Shown here piece after piece: positions 45,383 to 55,166 of a DNA stretch of 64,000 bases (position 1 is its first letter; every line of letters starts with the position of its first letter). Location: positions 17,294 to 81,293 of the forward strand of contig WFVD01000004.1 in assembly GCA_015491865.1 (NCBI GenBank). The letters run 5' to 3'. This stretch comes from Gammaproteobacteria bacterium. Lineage in GTDB: Bacteria; Pseudomonadota; Gammaproteobacteria; SZUA-140. Below the pieces are notes generated by a model, which had not been told where the DNA came from, searched no databases, and worked only from the letters and a program-made list of their open reading frames with translations. The position numbers and the translations under genes are program-made.

Positions 45383-45604
45383 GATTTCCTCGCGGTAACA
45401 CTTTTATTCAAAAGATCAAAATATTGAATGGTGTAGTCTATATAGACCCACATGACTTGACTACCAATAATCAAAAAAGCGCTCCTACCAATATTAAAAC
45501 CGAAGATAACGAGGATTTTTTCTACCGATTCCTCTAAAATATGGCTCTATTTTTCGGTCGGTACGATATGATTTCCCGGCCAGTTTCAAGGGTACTTTAA
45601 AAAC

Positions 45605-48568
45605 GTGCAAGATTTTCTCCCCGGCCAACGCTGGATTAGTAACGCTGAAGTTCAAATGGGACTGGGCACCGTTCTCAGCTGTGAACACCGCACCGTCACC
45701 ATCGTTTTCATGGCCACCGGCGAGACCCGGACCTACGCCAAGCTGACCGCACCGCTCACTCGCGTGGTTTTTTCGCTCGGTGACAAAATAAAAGCGCACG
45801 ACGGCTGGACATTAAAGATTTCACAGGTCGAAGAAAATGACGGGCTGATCCTCTACCGCGGCTACGATGAAAACGGGAAAACACGCGAACTCCCTGAAGG
45901 GGGGCTGGATAATTTCATTAAACTCAACCGCCCTGCTGAACGCCTCTTCAGCGGGCAAATTGATAAAAACAGATGGTTTGAGCTGCGCCAGCAGAGCCAC
46001 ATTCACGCCAATCGCCAGGCACGCAGTGAACTACTCGGACTAACCGGCGTTCGCACCAGCCTGATTCCTCATCAGCTTTACATCGCTAATGAAGTCGCTA
46101 ACCGTTACGCCCCGCGGGTACTGCTTGCCGATGAGGTGGGGCTGGGCAAAACCATCGAAGCGGGGATGATCATCCATCAACAGCTACTGACAGAACGAGC
46201 CAGGCGTGTCCTGATTATTGTGCCAGAGAGCCTGATCCACCAGTGGCTGGTTGAGATGTTACGCCGTTTTAATCTCCATTTCAGCATCTTCGACGAAGCA
46301 CGCTGCCAGGCTATTTGCGGCTATCACGCTGAAGATGAAGCGCACCCTGGCGATAAGGTTGATGATCCAGCGACAGCGGATGAGGAGGGTGATCGCAACC
46401 CATTTAACAGCGAACAGCTGGTGCTTTGTAGCCTTGAGTTTCTTGTACAACAACAAGAACATTTCCAGCAGGCACTGGATGCAGAGTGGGATCTACTGGT
46501 GGTCGATGAAGCGCATCACCTTGAGTGGAGTCCGCAGCAGTCGAGCATTGAGTACCAGCGTATTGAACAGCTCGCGGCAGTCACCAAAGGGGTATTGCTG
46601 CTGACCGCAACACCCGAACAGCTCGGCAAGGCGAGCCACTTTGCACGCCTGCGGCTGCTGGACCCTGACCGCTTCCCCAGTCTCGAACGCTTTATCGAAG
46701 AAGAGCAGCACTACGCACCCATCGCCGAGGCGGTTGAGGCCCTGCTTGATCAGGCACCATTAAGCGAAAGCGCGCGTGCAACGCTCGCGACAACACTTAA
46801 CGAAGGGGACAACCAACGGCTACTGGAAAAGCTCGAACAACTGGACAACCGCGATGACGAAAGTGGCATTAGAAATGAGTTAACGGAACATCTACTCGAT
46901 CGGCACGGCACTGGCCGTGTGCTGTTTCGCAACACCCGCGCCGCGATCAAAGGCTTTCCAGATCGGCAGGTAACAGGCTACCCATTACCACAGCCGAGCG
47001 CCTATCGCGACTGCCTGCTACAGCTGATGCTTGATCAGGCGGTGGAGACACGCCAGCTGCTCTGTCCTGAACTCGCCTGTCAGACCGTTACAACGGGACA
47101 GAGCTGGACATCCGTTGACCCCCGCGTTGCATGGCTGAGCGCCAAACTCAAAGCGCTACAACCGGCCAAGGTACTGGTCATCGCTGCCGATGCAGGCACC
47201 GCCATGGATCTCGCCGATGCGCTGCGTAAAAAAGATGGCGTCTACCCTGCACTCTTTCACGAGCACCTATCGATTGTTGAGCGTGATCGTGCCGCCGCCT
47301 ATTTCTCAGATCCTGATTACGGCAGCCCTATTTTAATCTGCTCTGAAATTGGTAGTGAAGGGCGCAATTTTCAATTTGCCCACCACCTGGTCCTGTTTGA
47401 CCTGCCGCTAAATCCCGACCTGCTGGAACAGCGCATCGGACGACTTGATCGTATTGGCCAACAGAACACTATCGAAATTCATGTGCCGTTCATGGAAAAG
47501 ACAGCACAGGAGGTGATCTACCGCTGGTATCATGAAGGGCTTAACGCCTTTGAACAGACCTGTCCGGCTGGCCATAACGTCTTCACCAGACTGATGCCGA
47601 CACTGATCGAGACCCTCTATCAGGTTGATGCAGATGATGAGAATCATAACGACCTGAGCACGCTAATCGCCACCACACAGAAGATCCACAGTGAGTTAAA
47701 CGAGGCACTGCACAACGGCCGCGACCAGCTACTGGAATACAACTCCTGTCGCCCACACATCGCAGAGCAGTTAAAAGCCACTGCGAGTGACAATGAGCAC
47801 AGTGAGCTGCTATCCGATTACCTCTCTCGCGTGTTTGACTGTTACGGTATCGACAGTGAACACCACAGCGATGCGTGCCAGATCATCCGCCCGGGTAACC
47901 ATATGCAGAACAGTAGTTTCCCGGGACTGCACAGCGAAGGGATGACCATCACCTATGAACGCGACACCGCGCTAACCAATGAAGATGTACATTACATCAC
48001 CTGGGAACACCCGCTCACAACGGGTGCAATGGAGATGCTGCTCAATAATGAACAGGGCAACACCGCTATTGCGGCGATTAAGCACCCTGGAATCAAGGCA
48101 GGAACTCTATTACTGGAGTGCCTCTTTGTGCTGGAAAGTAGCGCCAATAGCGCACTACAATCGAACCGTTATCTACCGCCCACATTAATTCGCGTGATGA
48201 TCGACCCTCAGGGACGCGACTACAGCAATGATCTCTCCAGTGAAAAGCTAGAGGCGATTCGAGCCAAAGTGGATCGTGAAACTGCCCGTAAGATCATCCG
48301 CGCCTTCGGAAAAAAACTGCGCGAAATGGTGCCGCTTGCAGAGCAACATGCAGAGCGCGTTGCGCCCGTTTTTCTACAGGAAGCAGAGGCGCGCGCTCAG
48401 ACGATGCTAAACAGAGAGATCAATCGCCTTAAAGCGCTGCAGAAGGTAAACCCCAATGTGCGCAACGATGAGATTCAGTTTTTTGAAACGCAGTTAGCGG
48501 CTTTGACTCAGGCGATAAAAGCGGCCCACCTGCGGCTCGATGCAGTACGCGTCATCATCAGCACTTAA
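45605..48568 (+). CDS. rapA: RNA polymerase-associated SWI2/SNF2 ATPase RapA
   Basis: GQRWIS..E..LGLG-like start, LLADEVGLGKT, DEAHHL, TATPEQ, GSEGRNFQ, EQRIGRLDRIGQ, VNPNVR. Confidence 0.97.
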   Translation: MQDFLPGQRWISNAEVQMGLGTVLSCEHRTVTIVFMATGETRTYAKLTAPLTRVVFSLGDKIKAHDGWTLKISQVEENDGLILYRGYDENGKTRELPEGGLDNFIKLNRPAERLFSGQIDKNRWFELRQQSHIHANRQARSELLGLTGVRTSLIPHQLYIANEVANRYAPRVLLADEVGLGKTIEAGMIIHQQLLTERARRVLIIVPESLIHQWLVEMLRRFNLHFSIFDEARCQAICGYHAEDEAHPGDKVDDPATADEEGDRNPFNSEQLVLCSLEFLVQQQEHFQQALDAEWDLLVVDEAHHLEWSPQQSSIEYQRIEQLAAVTKGVLLLTATPEQLGKASHFARLRLLDPDRFPSLERFIEEEQHYAPIAEAVEALLDQAPLSESARATLATTLNEGDNQRLLEKLEQLDNRDDESGIRNELTEHLLDRHGTGRVLFRNTRAAIKGFPDRQVTGYPLPQPSAYRDCLLQLMLDQAVETRQLLCPELACQTVTTGQSWTSVDPRVAWLSAKLKALQPAKVLVIAADAGTAMDLADALRKKDGVYPALFHEHLSIVERDRAAAYFSDPDYGSPILICSEIGSEGRNFQFAHHLVLFDLPLNPDLLEQRIGRLDRIGQQNTIEIHVPFMEKTAQEVIYRWYHEGLNAFEQTCPAGHNVFTRLMPTLIETLYQVDADDENHNDLSTLIATTQKIHSELNEALHNGRDQLLEYNSCRPHIAEQLKATASDNEHSELLSDYLSRVFDCYGIDSEHHSDACQIIRPGNHMQNSSFPGLHSEGMTITYERDTALTNEDVHYITWEHPLTTGAMEMLLNNEQGNTAIAAIKHPGIKAGTLLLECLFVLESSANSALQSNRYLPPTLIRVMIDPQGRDYSNDLSSEKLEAIRAKVDRETARKIIRAFGKKLREMVPLAEQHAERVAPVFLQEAEARAQTMLNREINRLKALQKVNPNVRNDEIQFFETQLAALTQAIKAAHLRLDAVRVIIST

Positions 48569-48801
48569 AGGCGCAATAGCACGCAGCACAATCCTAATTT
48601 ATACTCGAGCGACAGGTTGATGGCACCGATAGCCGCAATTTCCAGTCGCATCCACTCATCGCTGCGCGCCACCCATCCTGCCTCCTGGATCTATAGCAGG
48701 CCGGTTAACGCTCATTGCCAATCTATTGAAAGAGGAGTAAAATTTTTGCGTAAGCGTGCAATGGGCTTTCCCTTAAGGGCAACTAGCGAGAGTAAAATTT
48801 T

Positions 48802-49017
48802 ATGGCTTTAGACCAACTCAAGGCATTTTTACAAAAAATGCAGTCTGAACCTGCTCTTAAAGATGAGGTGCTCGCCTCATCAACCGCGGATGATGTTGCG
48901 CAGATAGCACTAAAGCTTGGCTTTGAATTTTCAGGAGATGAACTATTGAGAATGTCCGGCAAGAAAGTGGGCAGGGTGACTGTTAAAAAAAACGATCTCC
49001 CCGGAGAATACAATTAA
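48802..49017 (+). CDS. Nif11-like leader domain small protein
   Basis: QLKAFL.K...EPALK, DDVAQIA..LGFEFS.DEL pattern of Nif11 leaders; GAGAG upstream. Confidence 0.8.
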   Translation: MALDQLKAFLQKMQSEPALKDEVLASSTADDVAQIALKLGFEFSGDELLRMSGKKVGRVTVKKNDLPGEYN

Positions 49018-49426
49018 ACGCTTTTTAAATATCAGATTTTAATAACCCCCCATCGCCCTCAGATCAAGCCAACCTCGCCTCGATTAAATAGACTCTCAAT
49101 AACGATTCCCTGGCGTATCGCCCAAACAGAAGAGAAAAACCACCCGATTGATCGCGCCTGTCAGCGCCTCAAGTGTTGTGCCATACAGCGGGCAGCTTGC
49201 TCATCATCGAGTAAAACTGACGATAAAATGACGGAGTAAAGTAATAAAGAGTTGACATCTCAAACAGCCCTACCATTTTCATATCAGCTTAGTGTACACT
49301 CGAGCTATCTGCAGGTTTTGGTATAGGCGGTTTTGGTTGACCCTCTCCAGCGCACCACCTGAATATTACAGCTTAAAGCTGCAGACTTTGGTGATAATGT
49401 TTAAACAGAATAAAAAGGTGAGTGTA

Positions 49427-49630
49427 ATGGCAACAGGTACAGTTAAGTGGTTCAATGATTCAAAAGGCTTTGGTTTTATCGCTCAGGACAACGGTGGCGA
49501 TGATGTATTCGTTCACTTCAGAGCAATTTCAGGCGACGGCTTCAAGACCCTTACAGAAGGTCAGAAAGTCAGCTACGAAGTTGAGCAAGGCCCAAAAGGT
49601 CCTTCAGCTGCAAACGTAGTTCCTGAATAA
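49427..49630 (+). CDS. Cold-shock protein (CspA family), 67 aa
   Basis: [37 protein letters not shown] before ATG 49427. Confidence 0.96.
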   Translation: MATGTVKWFNDSKGFGFIAQDNGGDDVFVHFRAISGDGFKTLTEGQKVSYEVEQGPKGPSAANVVPE

Positions 49631-49657
49631 CGGCTAACAGCCCTATTCAGTATTATT

Positions 49658-49691
49658 AAAGAGAGCCTGGCACTGCCCGGTTCTCTTTTTT
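49658..49691 (+). terminator. Intrinsic terminator after second csp
   Basis: AAAGAGAGCC...GGTTCTCTTTTTT. Confidence 0.8.
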
Positions 49692-49816
49692 ATTTCACAC
49701 TGAACCATTCATTTGCATCGATCAACCGCACTGCATTATCGCGGGCAAGGTTGATTTTCATCGCATCGATAACCTGCTACTTCCGTATGACAGGTTGACT
49801 ACCGGGGAGAAGACCT

Positions 49817-50227
49817 ATGCGTCTATACAGAGAGGCCGCACTGGCTATATTTTTAATGCTTGGCATGAGTTTTGCTCATGCGGGTGACGCTACTAAAACC
49901 GTTGAAGCGGTTAATCTTGAGAAGACCACGCTGAAAGGCCAGGTTGTCACCATTCATGGTACCGTGACCAAAGCCAACAACGGCATCATGAAACGTAACT
50001 TCATCCATATCAAAGACGGTACGGGTGAAGGGGAAACAGCCAGTCTGATCGTCACCAGTCAGGAGAGTGCCAACCCGGGTGATCAGGTTACTGTTACTGG
50101 CACTGTTGCACTTGATACCGATTTCGGTTTTGGATACCTCTACCCACTCCTGATCGAAAAAGCATCCATCAAGCAGGCGGGTGACGGATCTGCTTCTCAC
50201 GCCACTTCACACGATCACGATCACTAA
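49817..50227 (+). CDS. Secreted OB-fold-like protein with His-rich tail
   Basis: Signal peptide ending AHA, V.I.G.V.K...GIM.RNFIHIKDG, GD.VTVTG, DFGFGY.Y; C-terminus HATSHDHDH; GGGGAG RBS. Confidence 0.7.
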   Translation: MRLYREAALAIFLMLGMSFAHAGDATKTVEAVNLEKTTLKGQVVTIHGTVTKANNGIMKRNFIHIKDGTGEGETASLIVTSQESANPGDQVTVTGTVALDTDFGFGYLYPLLIEKASIKQAGDGSASHATSHDHDH

Positions 50228-50287
50228 CTGATTGCGTGCTGTGGTCAGCTGCTAACAGGTGACCACAGCACTGCCCTGCACAAAACC

Positions 50288-51484
50288 ATGACGACTAACG
50301 CTGATGTGATCATCATCGGTGCCAGCGCCTCGGGGCTGATGTGTGCAATTGAGGCCGGCAAACGCGGCCGCGGTGTGGTGGTACTCGATCACGCCAATAA
50401 AGCCGGTAAAAAAATCCTGATGTCTGGTGGAGGGCGCTGTAACTTCACCAACTACCATGTCGATGCAGGTCACTACCTGTCACACAATCCACATTTCTGT
50501 AAATCAGCCCTGAGTCGCTTTACCCAGTGGGATTTTCTGGCACTGATCGATAAATACCAGATCCCATTTCATGAACGTGCCCACGGCCAGCTCTTTTGTG
50601 ACGGGAGTGCGAAAGAGATCCTCGATATGCTACTGACAGAAGCTCGGCTGGCCAACGTTACCATCCGGCTCAACACACAAATCGACGCCATCCATCAAGG
50701 TAATAGCAGCCACTCCGCTCATAATTTTGAACTATGCACCACACTGGGCAGCTACCGCTGCTCATCGCTTGTGGTCGCAAGCGGCGGCCTCTCCATTCCC
50801 CGGATGGGCGCATCCCCATTTGGTTACAGGCTTGCAGAACAGTTTGGCATCAAGGTCTGGCCAACCCGTGCAGGGCTGGTACCCCTGACGCTGCAACCCA
50901 GTGATAAGGCTCAGCTCGCGCCACTATCCGGTATCGCCATCGACAGTTATGTTAGCTGCGCGCATCAAGGATTCAGAGAAAACACACTCTTTACCCATCG
51001 CGGACTGAGTGGCCCAGCGATCCTGCAGATATCATCCTACTGGGAGGCGGGTGAAACTGTCACGATAGATCTCGCTCCTGAGATCGCGATCATGGATCAA
51101 TTACGTACTATTCAACAGCAGCGCCCCCAGCTTCAGTTGAAAAATGCGCTACAGAACTGGCTACCCAAGCGAGTGGTTACCACCATGTTAAAAGCCCTTC
51201 CGCTCGATGCACCCCTGCTGTCACTCTCATCACACCAGCTCACAGAGATTGATGACTACATACATAACTGGAAGATCAAACCCAATGGCACAGAGGGGTA
51301 TCGCACAGCTGAAGTCACTATCGGCGGAATCGATTGTGAGCTGCTCTCATCAAAGACGATGGAAAGCACGCAGATAAAAGGGCTCTTTTTTATTGGTGAA
51401 GTCGTAGATGTGACAGGCTGGCTAGGGGGCTATAACTTCCAGTGGGCCTGGTCATCCGGCTGGTGCGCAGGGCAATATGTGTGA
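50288..51484 (+). CDS. yhiN: HI0933/YhiN-family flavoprotein (RdsA-like, candidate 23S rRNA dihydrouridine synthase)
   Basis: GKKILMSGGGRCNFTN, LFTHRGLSGPA, AEVTIGG, GWLGGYNFQWAWSSG. Confidence 0.9.
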   Translation: MTTNADVIIIGASASGLMCAIEAGKRGRGVVVLDHANKAGKKILMSGGGRCNFTNYHVDAGHYLSHNPHFCKSALSRFTQWDFLALIDKYQIPFHERAHGQLFCDGSAKEILDMLLTEARLANVTIRLNTQIDAIHQGNSSHSAHNFELCTTLGSYRCSSLVVASGGLSIPRMGASPFGYRLAEQFGIKVWPTRAGLVPLTLQPSDKAQLAPLSGIAIDSYVSCAHQGFRENTLFTHRGLSGPAILQISSYWEAGETVTIDLAPEIAIMDQLRTIQQQRPQLQLKNALQNWLPKRVVTTMLKALPLDAPLLSLSSHQLTEIDDYIHNWKIKPNGTEGYRTAEVTIGGIDCELLSSKTMESTQIKGLFFIGEVVDVTGWLGGYNFQWAWSSGWCAGQYV

Positions 51485-51581
51485 ACAGCCTCCGGCAATT
51501 TTTTATAAACAGCCGGGCTTTGACAAAGAAGAAGTCATGTCTTTTTTCACCCTCCCTTTTCGGCCTTCCAGAGTGTGCCAT

Positions 51582-52007
51582 TCAATCACCATTGAGTGGC
51601 AACACCATCTTTCGATGCGCTATTCCGGCATCCATAAAAACAGCGCCCACCGCCTCAAAACCGATACGCTGGTAAAAAGGGATTGCCCTGATCTGGGCAG
51701 CCAGCATGACAGCTGGGTACTCTGCATTGCGTGCAATCTCGACCATAGCCGTCAATAACTGCCTCCCTACCCCCAAACCTCGCCATGATTTCAGTACAGC
51801 AACACGCCCAATCTTACCGTCAGCGTTCATTCGTGCAGTGCCCACCGCCGTGTCGCCGTCCATCGCCAGCAACTGCCAGCACGCCTCATCGAGACCGTCC
51901 CACTCTAGCTCGACTGGCACATGCTGCTCGTCGATAAAGACGGCCTGACGAATTGGGCGAATCAACGTCTCACTCTCCGCCCACTCAACCTGCTCAATCC
52001 GAATCAT
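51582..52007 (-). CDS. GNAT acetyltransferase (ElaA/YjcF-like)
   Basis: IRQAVFIDEQ, IGRVAV...RGLGVG, LAAQ, FY...GF, FMDAGIAH; start ATG 52007 overlaps roxA end. Confidence 0.88.
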   Translation of the reverse strand: MIRIEQVEWAESETLIRPIRQAVFIDEQHVPVELEWDGLDEACWQLLAMDGDTAVGTARMNADGKIGRVAVLKSWRGLGVGRQLLTAMVEIARNAEYPAVMLAAQIRAIPFYQRIGFEAVGAVFMDAGIAHRKMVLPLNGD

Positions 52008-53196
52008 CGTCAAAATAGAGATGCCCTTCATTGTAGAGATGACATAGCAGTGCTGCGTTGCCATCTACTTCCAGCAGTTCACGCCACTCCTCTGCAGAGT
52101 GGATGCGCTGATCGCACAGTCGATAGATCGCATCTTTCATTATCTGCTCAAGCGTGAACATCTCTCCTGCGACAAATAACAGCACCGATGAGGGCTGGTT
52201 GATGCAGGCAAAACGGCTCAATTCACAGCGCCACAACGTTTCACCCTGGCGAAATCGGGCCATAAATGCCTCCACCGTGAGCGGCTTCAGTTGTGGCTCT
52301 ACATGGTCACCGCTCTTCGATTCCGTGACAACTCGCCCGAACCAGTGGGCAATATCATCGTCATTAAGTGGCATCCGTTGAATGATCTCACGCACACGCT
52401 GCAGCGCGGCAGGGGTGATCTCTCCCGCATGTGGTTGCAGCATGAGCTCTGGGTCTCGGTAGTGGCTGACTGATAAGCGCTGCTCTTCAGCCAGGTAATC
52501 GACAAAACTGGTGATCATGTCACACTCGGCCGGTGCGCGAAAGCCAACCGAGTAGGTAAGACTATCGCCGAGTGCGACGCCGTGATGAATGATGCCCGGC
52601 GGAAGGTAGAGCATATCCCCCTCCTCCAGTTCCCAGCACTGTTCCGCTTCAAAACGGGAGAGAATCTGCAGATCAATGCCACCAATCAGGTCATCATCAT
52701 ACACCTCAGCAGAGGAGATCTGCCAACGTTTACGTCCCAGCCCTTGCAGTAAAAAAACATCGTATTGATCGACATGCGGGCCGACCGAACCACCGTCTGG
52801 CGAGTAACTCACCATGATGTCATCGATGCGCCAGCTCGGGATAAAACGGAACGACTCCAGCAACTGCGCCAGCGCCGGTACATATTTCTGCACCTCCTGA
52901 ATCAACAGTGTCCAGTGGCTTTGTGGCAGTTCAGAAAAGAGCGTTTCATCAAAGGGGCCATGTCTCAGTTGCCACGGCAGTTGCTCGCTGTTCTCAGCTA
53001 CCGGGCTGGTACTGCGGTTTTCAATCACAAGGCGCGATTCGATCCCCTCTTCGCACGCCATACCGGCAATTTCATCGGGGGAGAGTGGCGTTGTAAAGGC
53101 GGGAAATGCGCCCTTTATCAGCAGCGGTTTTTTCTGCCAGTAGTCGGCCAGAAACTGCTCGGCACTCATCCCGTCAGGCAGTGGGTATTCCATCAC
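51994..53196 (-). CDS. roxA: 50S ribosomal protein uL16 arginine hydroxylase (JmjC)
   Basis: FLADYWQKKP, WRIDD, VGPHVDQYDVFL (HxD), GDMLYLPP..HHG, YSVGFR. Confidence 0.92.
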   Translation of the reverse strand: MMEYPLPDGMSAEQFLADYWQKKPLLIKGAFPAFTTPLSPDEIAGMACEEGIESRLVIENRSTSPVAENSEQLPWQLRHGPFDETLFSELPQSHWTLLIQEVQKYVPALAQLLESFRFIPSWRIDDIMVSYSPDGGSVGPHVDQYDVFLLQGLGRKRWQISSAEVYDDDLIGGIDLQILSRFEAEQCWELEEGDMLYLPPGIIHHGVALGDSLTYSVGFRAPAECDMITSFVDYLAEEQRLSVSHYRDPELMLQPHAGEITPAALQRVREIIQRMPLNDDDIAHWFGRVVTESKSGDHVEPQLKPLTVEAFMARFRQGETLWRCELSRFACINQPSSVLLFVAGEMFTLEQIMKDAIYRLCDQRIHSAEEWRELLEVDGNAALLCHLYNEGHLYFDDDSD

Positions 53197-53236
53197 GAAG
53201 CGCTCGCGATACTGTTACTCATTCGGACATGTGGCA

Positions 53237-54607
53237 TTAGCGGATCACCTGATAACAAGGGGTGTAAGTACTCCCCGGCAGCTTCATTCGTTGCTGCGAT
53301 ACAAATGAACTTAGCAGTGTATCCAGTTGCGCCATGATATCGGCATCACCACGAATCTCAAAATGGCCATGCGCTTCAATCGCACGAATCCCTTCATCTT
53401 TTACATTACCGGCCACAACCCCGGAAAAAGCGCGTCGAAGGTTTGCTGCCAGTAGATGGGGTGCCTGATTTTTATGTAGCGCCAGGCGACTCATGTTCTC
53501 ATGCGTTGGCTCAAATGGGTGCTGAAAGAGAGCCCCAATCTTCAGATACCAGTTAAAGTAAAAGGCATCACCCTTATCGATGCGGAACTGTCTCACCGCT
53601 TCAATGCCTGCCGATATCGTTCGCGCGACCTGTACCGGATCATTAATAATAATCTGATAGTGTGCCTGCGCCTGCGCACCAAGCGTGGCTGTAATAAATT
53701 GATCAATCTGCTCAAAGTAGTCGCGCGCGCTTTCCGGCCCGGTCAGGATCAATGGAAACGGTACCCCCTTATTCTCTGGATGCAGCAGGATACCAAGCAG
53801 ATAGAGGATCTCTTCAGCGGTACCCGCGCCACCAGGGAAGACAACAATGCCGTGGGCAGTGCGCACAAAGGCCTCCAGCCGCTTTTCGATGTCGGGGAAA
53901 ATCACCAGATTATTGACAATAGGATTGGGCGATTCAGCGGCAATAATCCCTGGCTCGGTAAGCCCGATATACTGGCCATCCAGAATGCGCTGTTTTGCGT
54001 GGCCCACTGCCGCCCCTTTCATCGGCCCTTTCATCGCGCCCGGACCACAACCGGTACCGACATCAATGCCGCGCAGCCCCATCTCATAGCCAACAACCTT
54101 GGTGTAGTCGTATTCATGCCGACTAATGGAGTGTCCACCCCAGCAGACCACTAAATTAGGCTTGGTACGTGGGTGGAGAATATTGGCATTGCGCAGGATA
54201 TGAAACACAGCATTGGTGATCCCTTCCGAGTCGGTAAGATCGAAGGTGGGATTGTCCTCTATTTCATCGCTCACATAGATGATATCCCGCAGCACTGCAA
54301 ACAGATGTTCACTGATACCTTTGATCATCTTGCCATCGACAAAAGCGCTTGGTGGGGCATTTTTTACCTCGAGTTTAATGCCGCGCTCCTGCTGAATCAC
54401 GCTGATATCAAAATCCGGATATCGCTCCAGCAGTGCCTTGCCATCATCGAGATCACTACCACAGTTGAGCACTGCCAGTGAGCAGTTGCGAAACATGGTA
54501 TAGAGTCCGCCCTGGCTTCGGTCTAGTAACTTCCTGACCTCAACGCGCGAAAGCACATCCATATGCCCTTGCGGGGTAATTCTTGCATCGACTACTTCAT
54601 CTGTCAT
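53237..54607 (-). CDS. ppnN: Nucleotide 5'-monophosphate nucleosidase (LOG family)
   Basis: VVCWGGHSI, GCGPGAMKGPMKGA, DIEKRLEAFVR, PGGAGTAEE, RRAFSG.VAGNVK. Confidence 0.95.
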   Translation of the reverse strand: MTDEVVDARITPQGHMDVLSRVEVRKLLDRSQGGLYTMFRNCSLAVLNCGSDLDDGKALLERYPDFDISVIQQERGIKLEVKNAPPSAFVDGKMIKGISEHLFAVLRDIIYVSDEIEDNPTFDLTDSEGITNAVFHILRNANILHPRTKPNLVVCWGGHSISRHEYDYTKVVGYEMGLRGIDVGTGCGPGAMKGPMKGAAVGHAKQRILDGQYIGLTEPGIIAAESPNPIVNNLVIFPDIEKRLEAFVRTAHGIVVFPGGAGTAEEILYLLGILLHPENKGVPFPLILTGPESARDYFEQIDQFITATLGAQAQAHYQIIINDPVQVARTISAGIEAVRQFRIDKGDAFYFNWYLKIGALFQHPFEPTHENMSRLALHKNQAPHLLAANLRRAFSGVVAGNVKDEGIRAIEAHGHFEIRGDADIMAQLDTLLSSFVSQQRMKLPGSTYTPCYQVIR

Positions 54608-54673
54608 TGCCTGCTCTTCTCTCTCATTGTCTATTTAATTGATCCTGTCATAAACCCGCACCATACGGCCTAA

Positions 54674-54703
54674 AGTTCCAGTTCCAGTTCCAGTTCCAGT
54701 TTC
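54674..54703. repeat. Hexanucleotide tandem repeat (AGTTCC)x4 + AGTTTC
   Basis: Read directly from the sequence, 66 bp upstream of the ppnN start. Confidence 0.9.
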
Positions 54704-54957
54704 TGTTTACATCCCGGTGAGAGAACTGCTCTCGATATTGCAGACCGCCAGAAGCCACCTCCAGAACCAGTTAACCCTGCTAAATTAGACGACCATTTCG
54801 CTTAAAGCTTAACCAGAACTTGCCCTATCTTATCGCTACCTTCTCCACTGGAGCGGCTCAAAACAGTTACCTTTTCCCTGTTTTCATGGTAAAGTTTCTA
54901 TCCTGAGTGTATCACTCAACTACTCTAGTAACCCTCAATTTAAAAAGGTTTATTGCA

Positions 54958-55131
54958 ATGAACGTAGATCAGCATCTGAAAGTAGCACAATGGCACATCG
55001 AACAGGCAAGATTACACGCAACTCAGGAAGGCTACAGCTGTGGCTGCCCAGCAAACAGCCATGACCAGAAAGCGATTGATGCAGTAGAATCTGGCATCAT
55101 CGAAGAAGAGACTGCCTGCGCGACCAGCTAA
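54958..55131 (+). CDS. Hypothetical small protein, 57 aa, with CGC motif
   Basis: AAAAGG RBS before ATG 54958, followed by a hairpin and a terminator; no family recognised. Confidence 0.65.
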   Translation: MNVDQHLKVAQWHIEQARLHATQEGYSCGCPANSHDQKAIDAVESGIIEEETACATS

Positions 55132-55166
55132 ATAGAACTTCAGGCGAAACGCCTGAACGGCTATTT

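Noticed and set aside
49292..49426. N-terminal extension of the second Csp (112 aa ORF)
   Set aside because: The RBS and MATGTVKWF start support ATG 49427.
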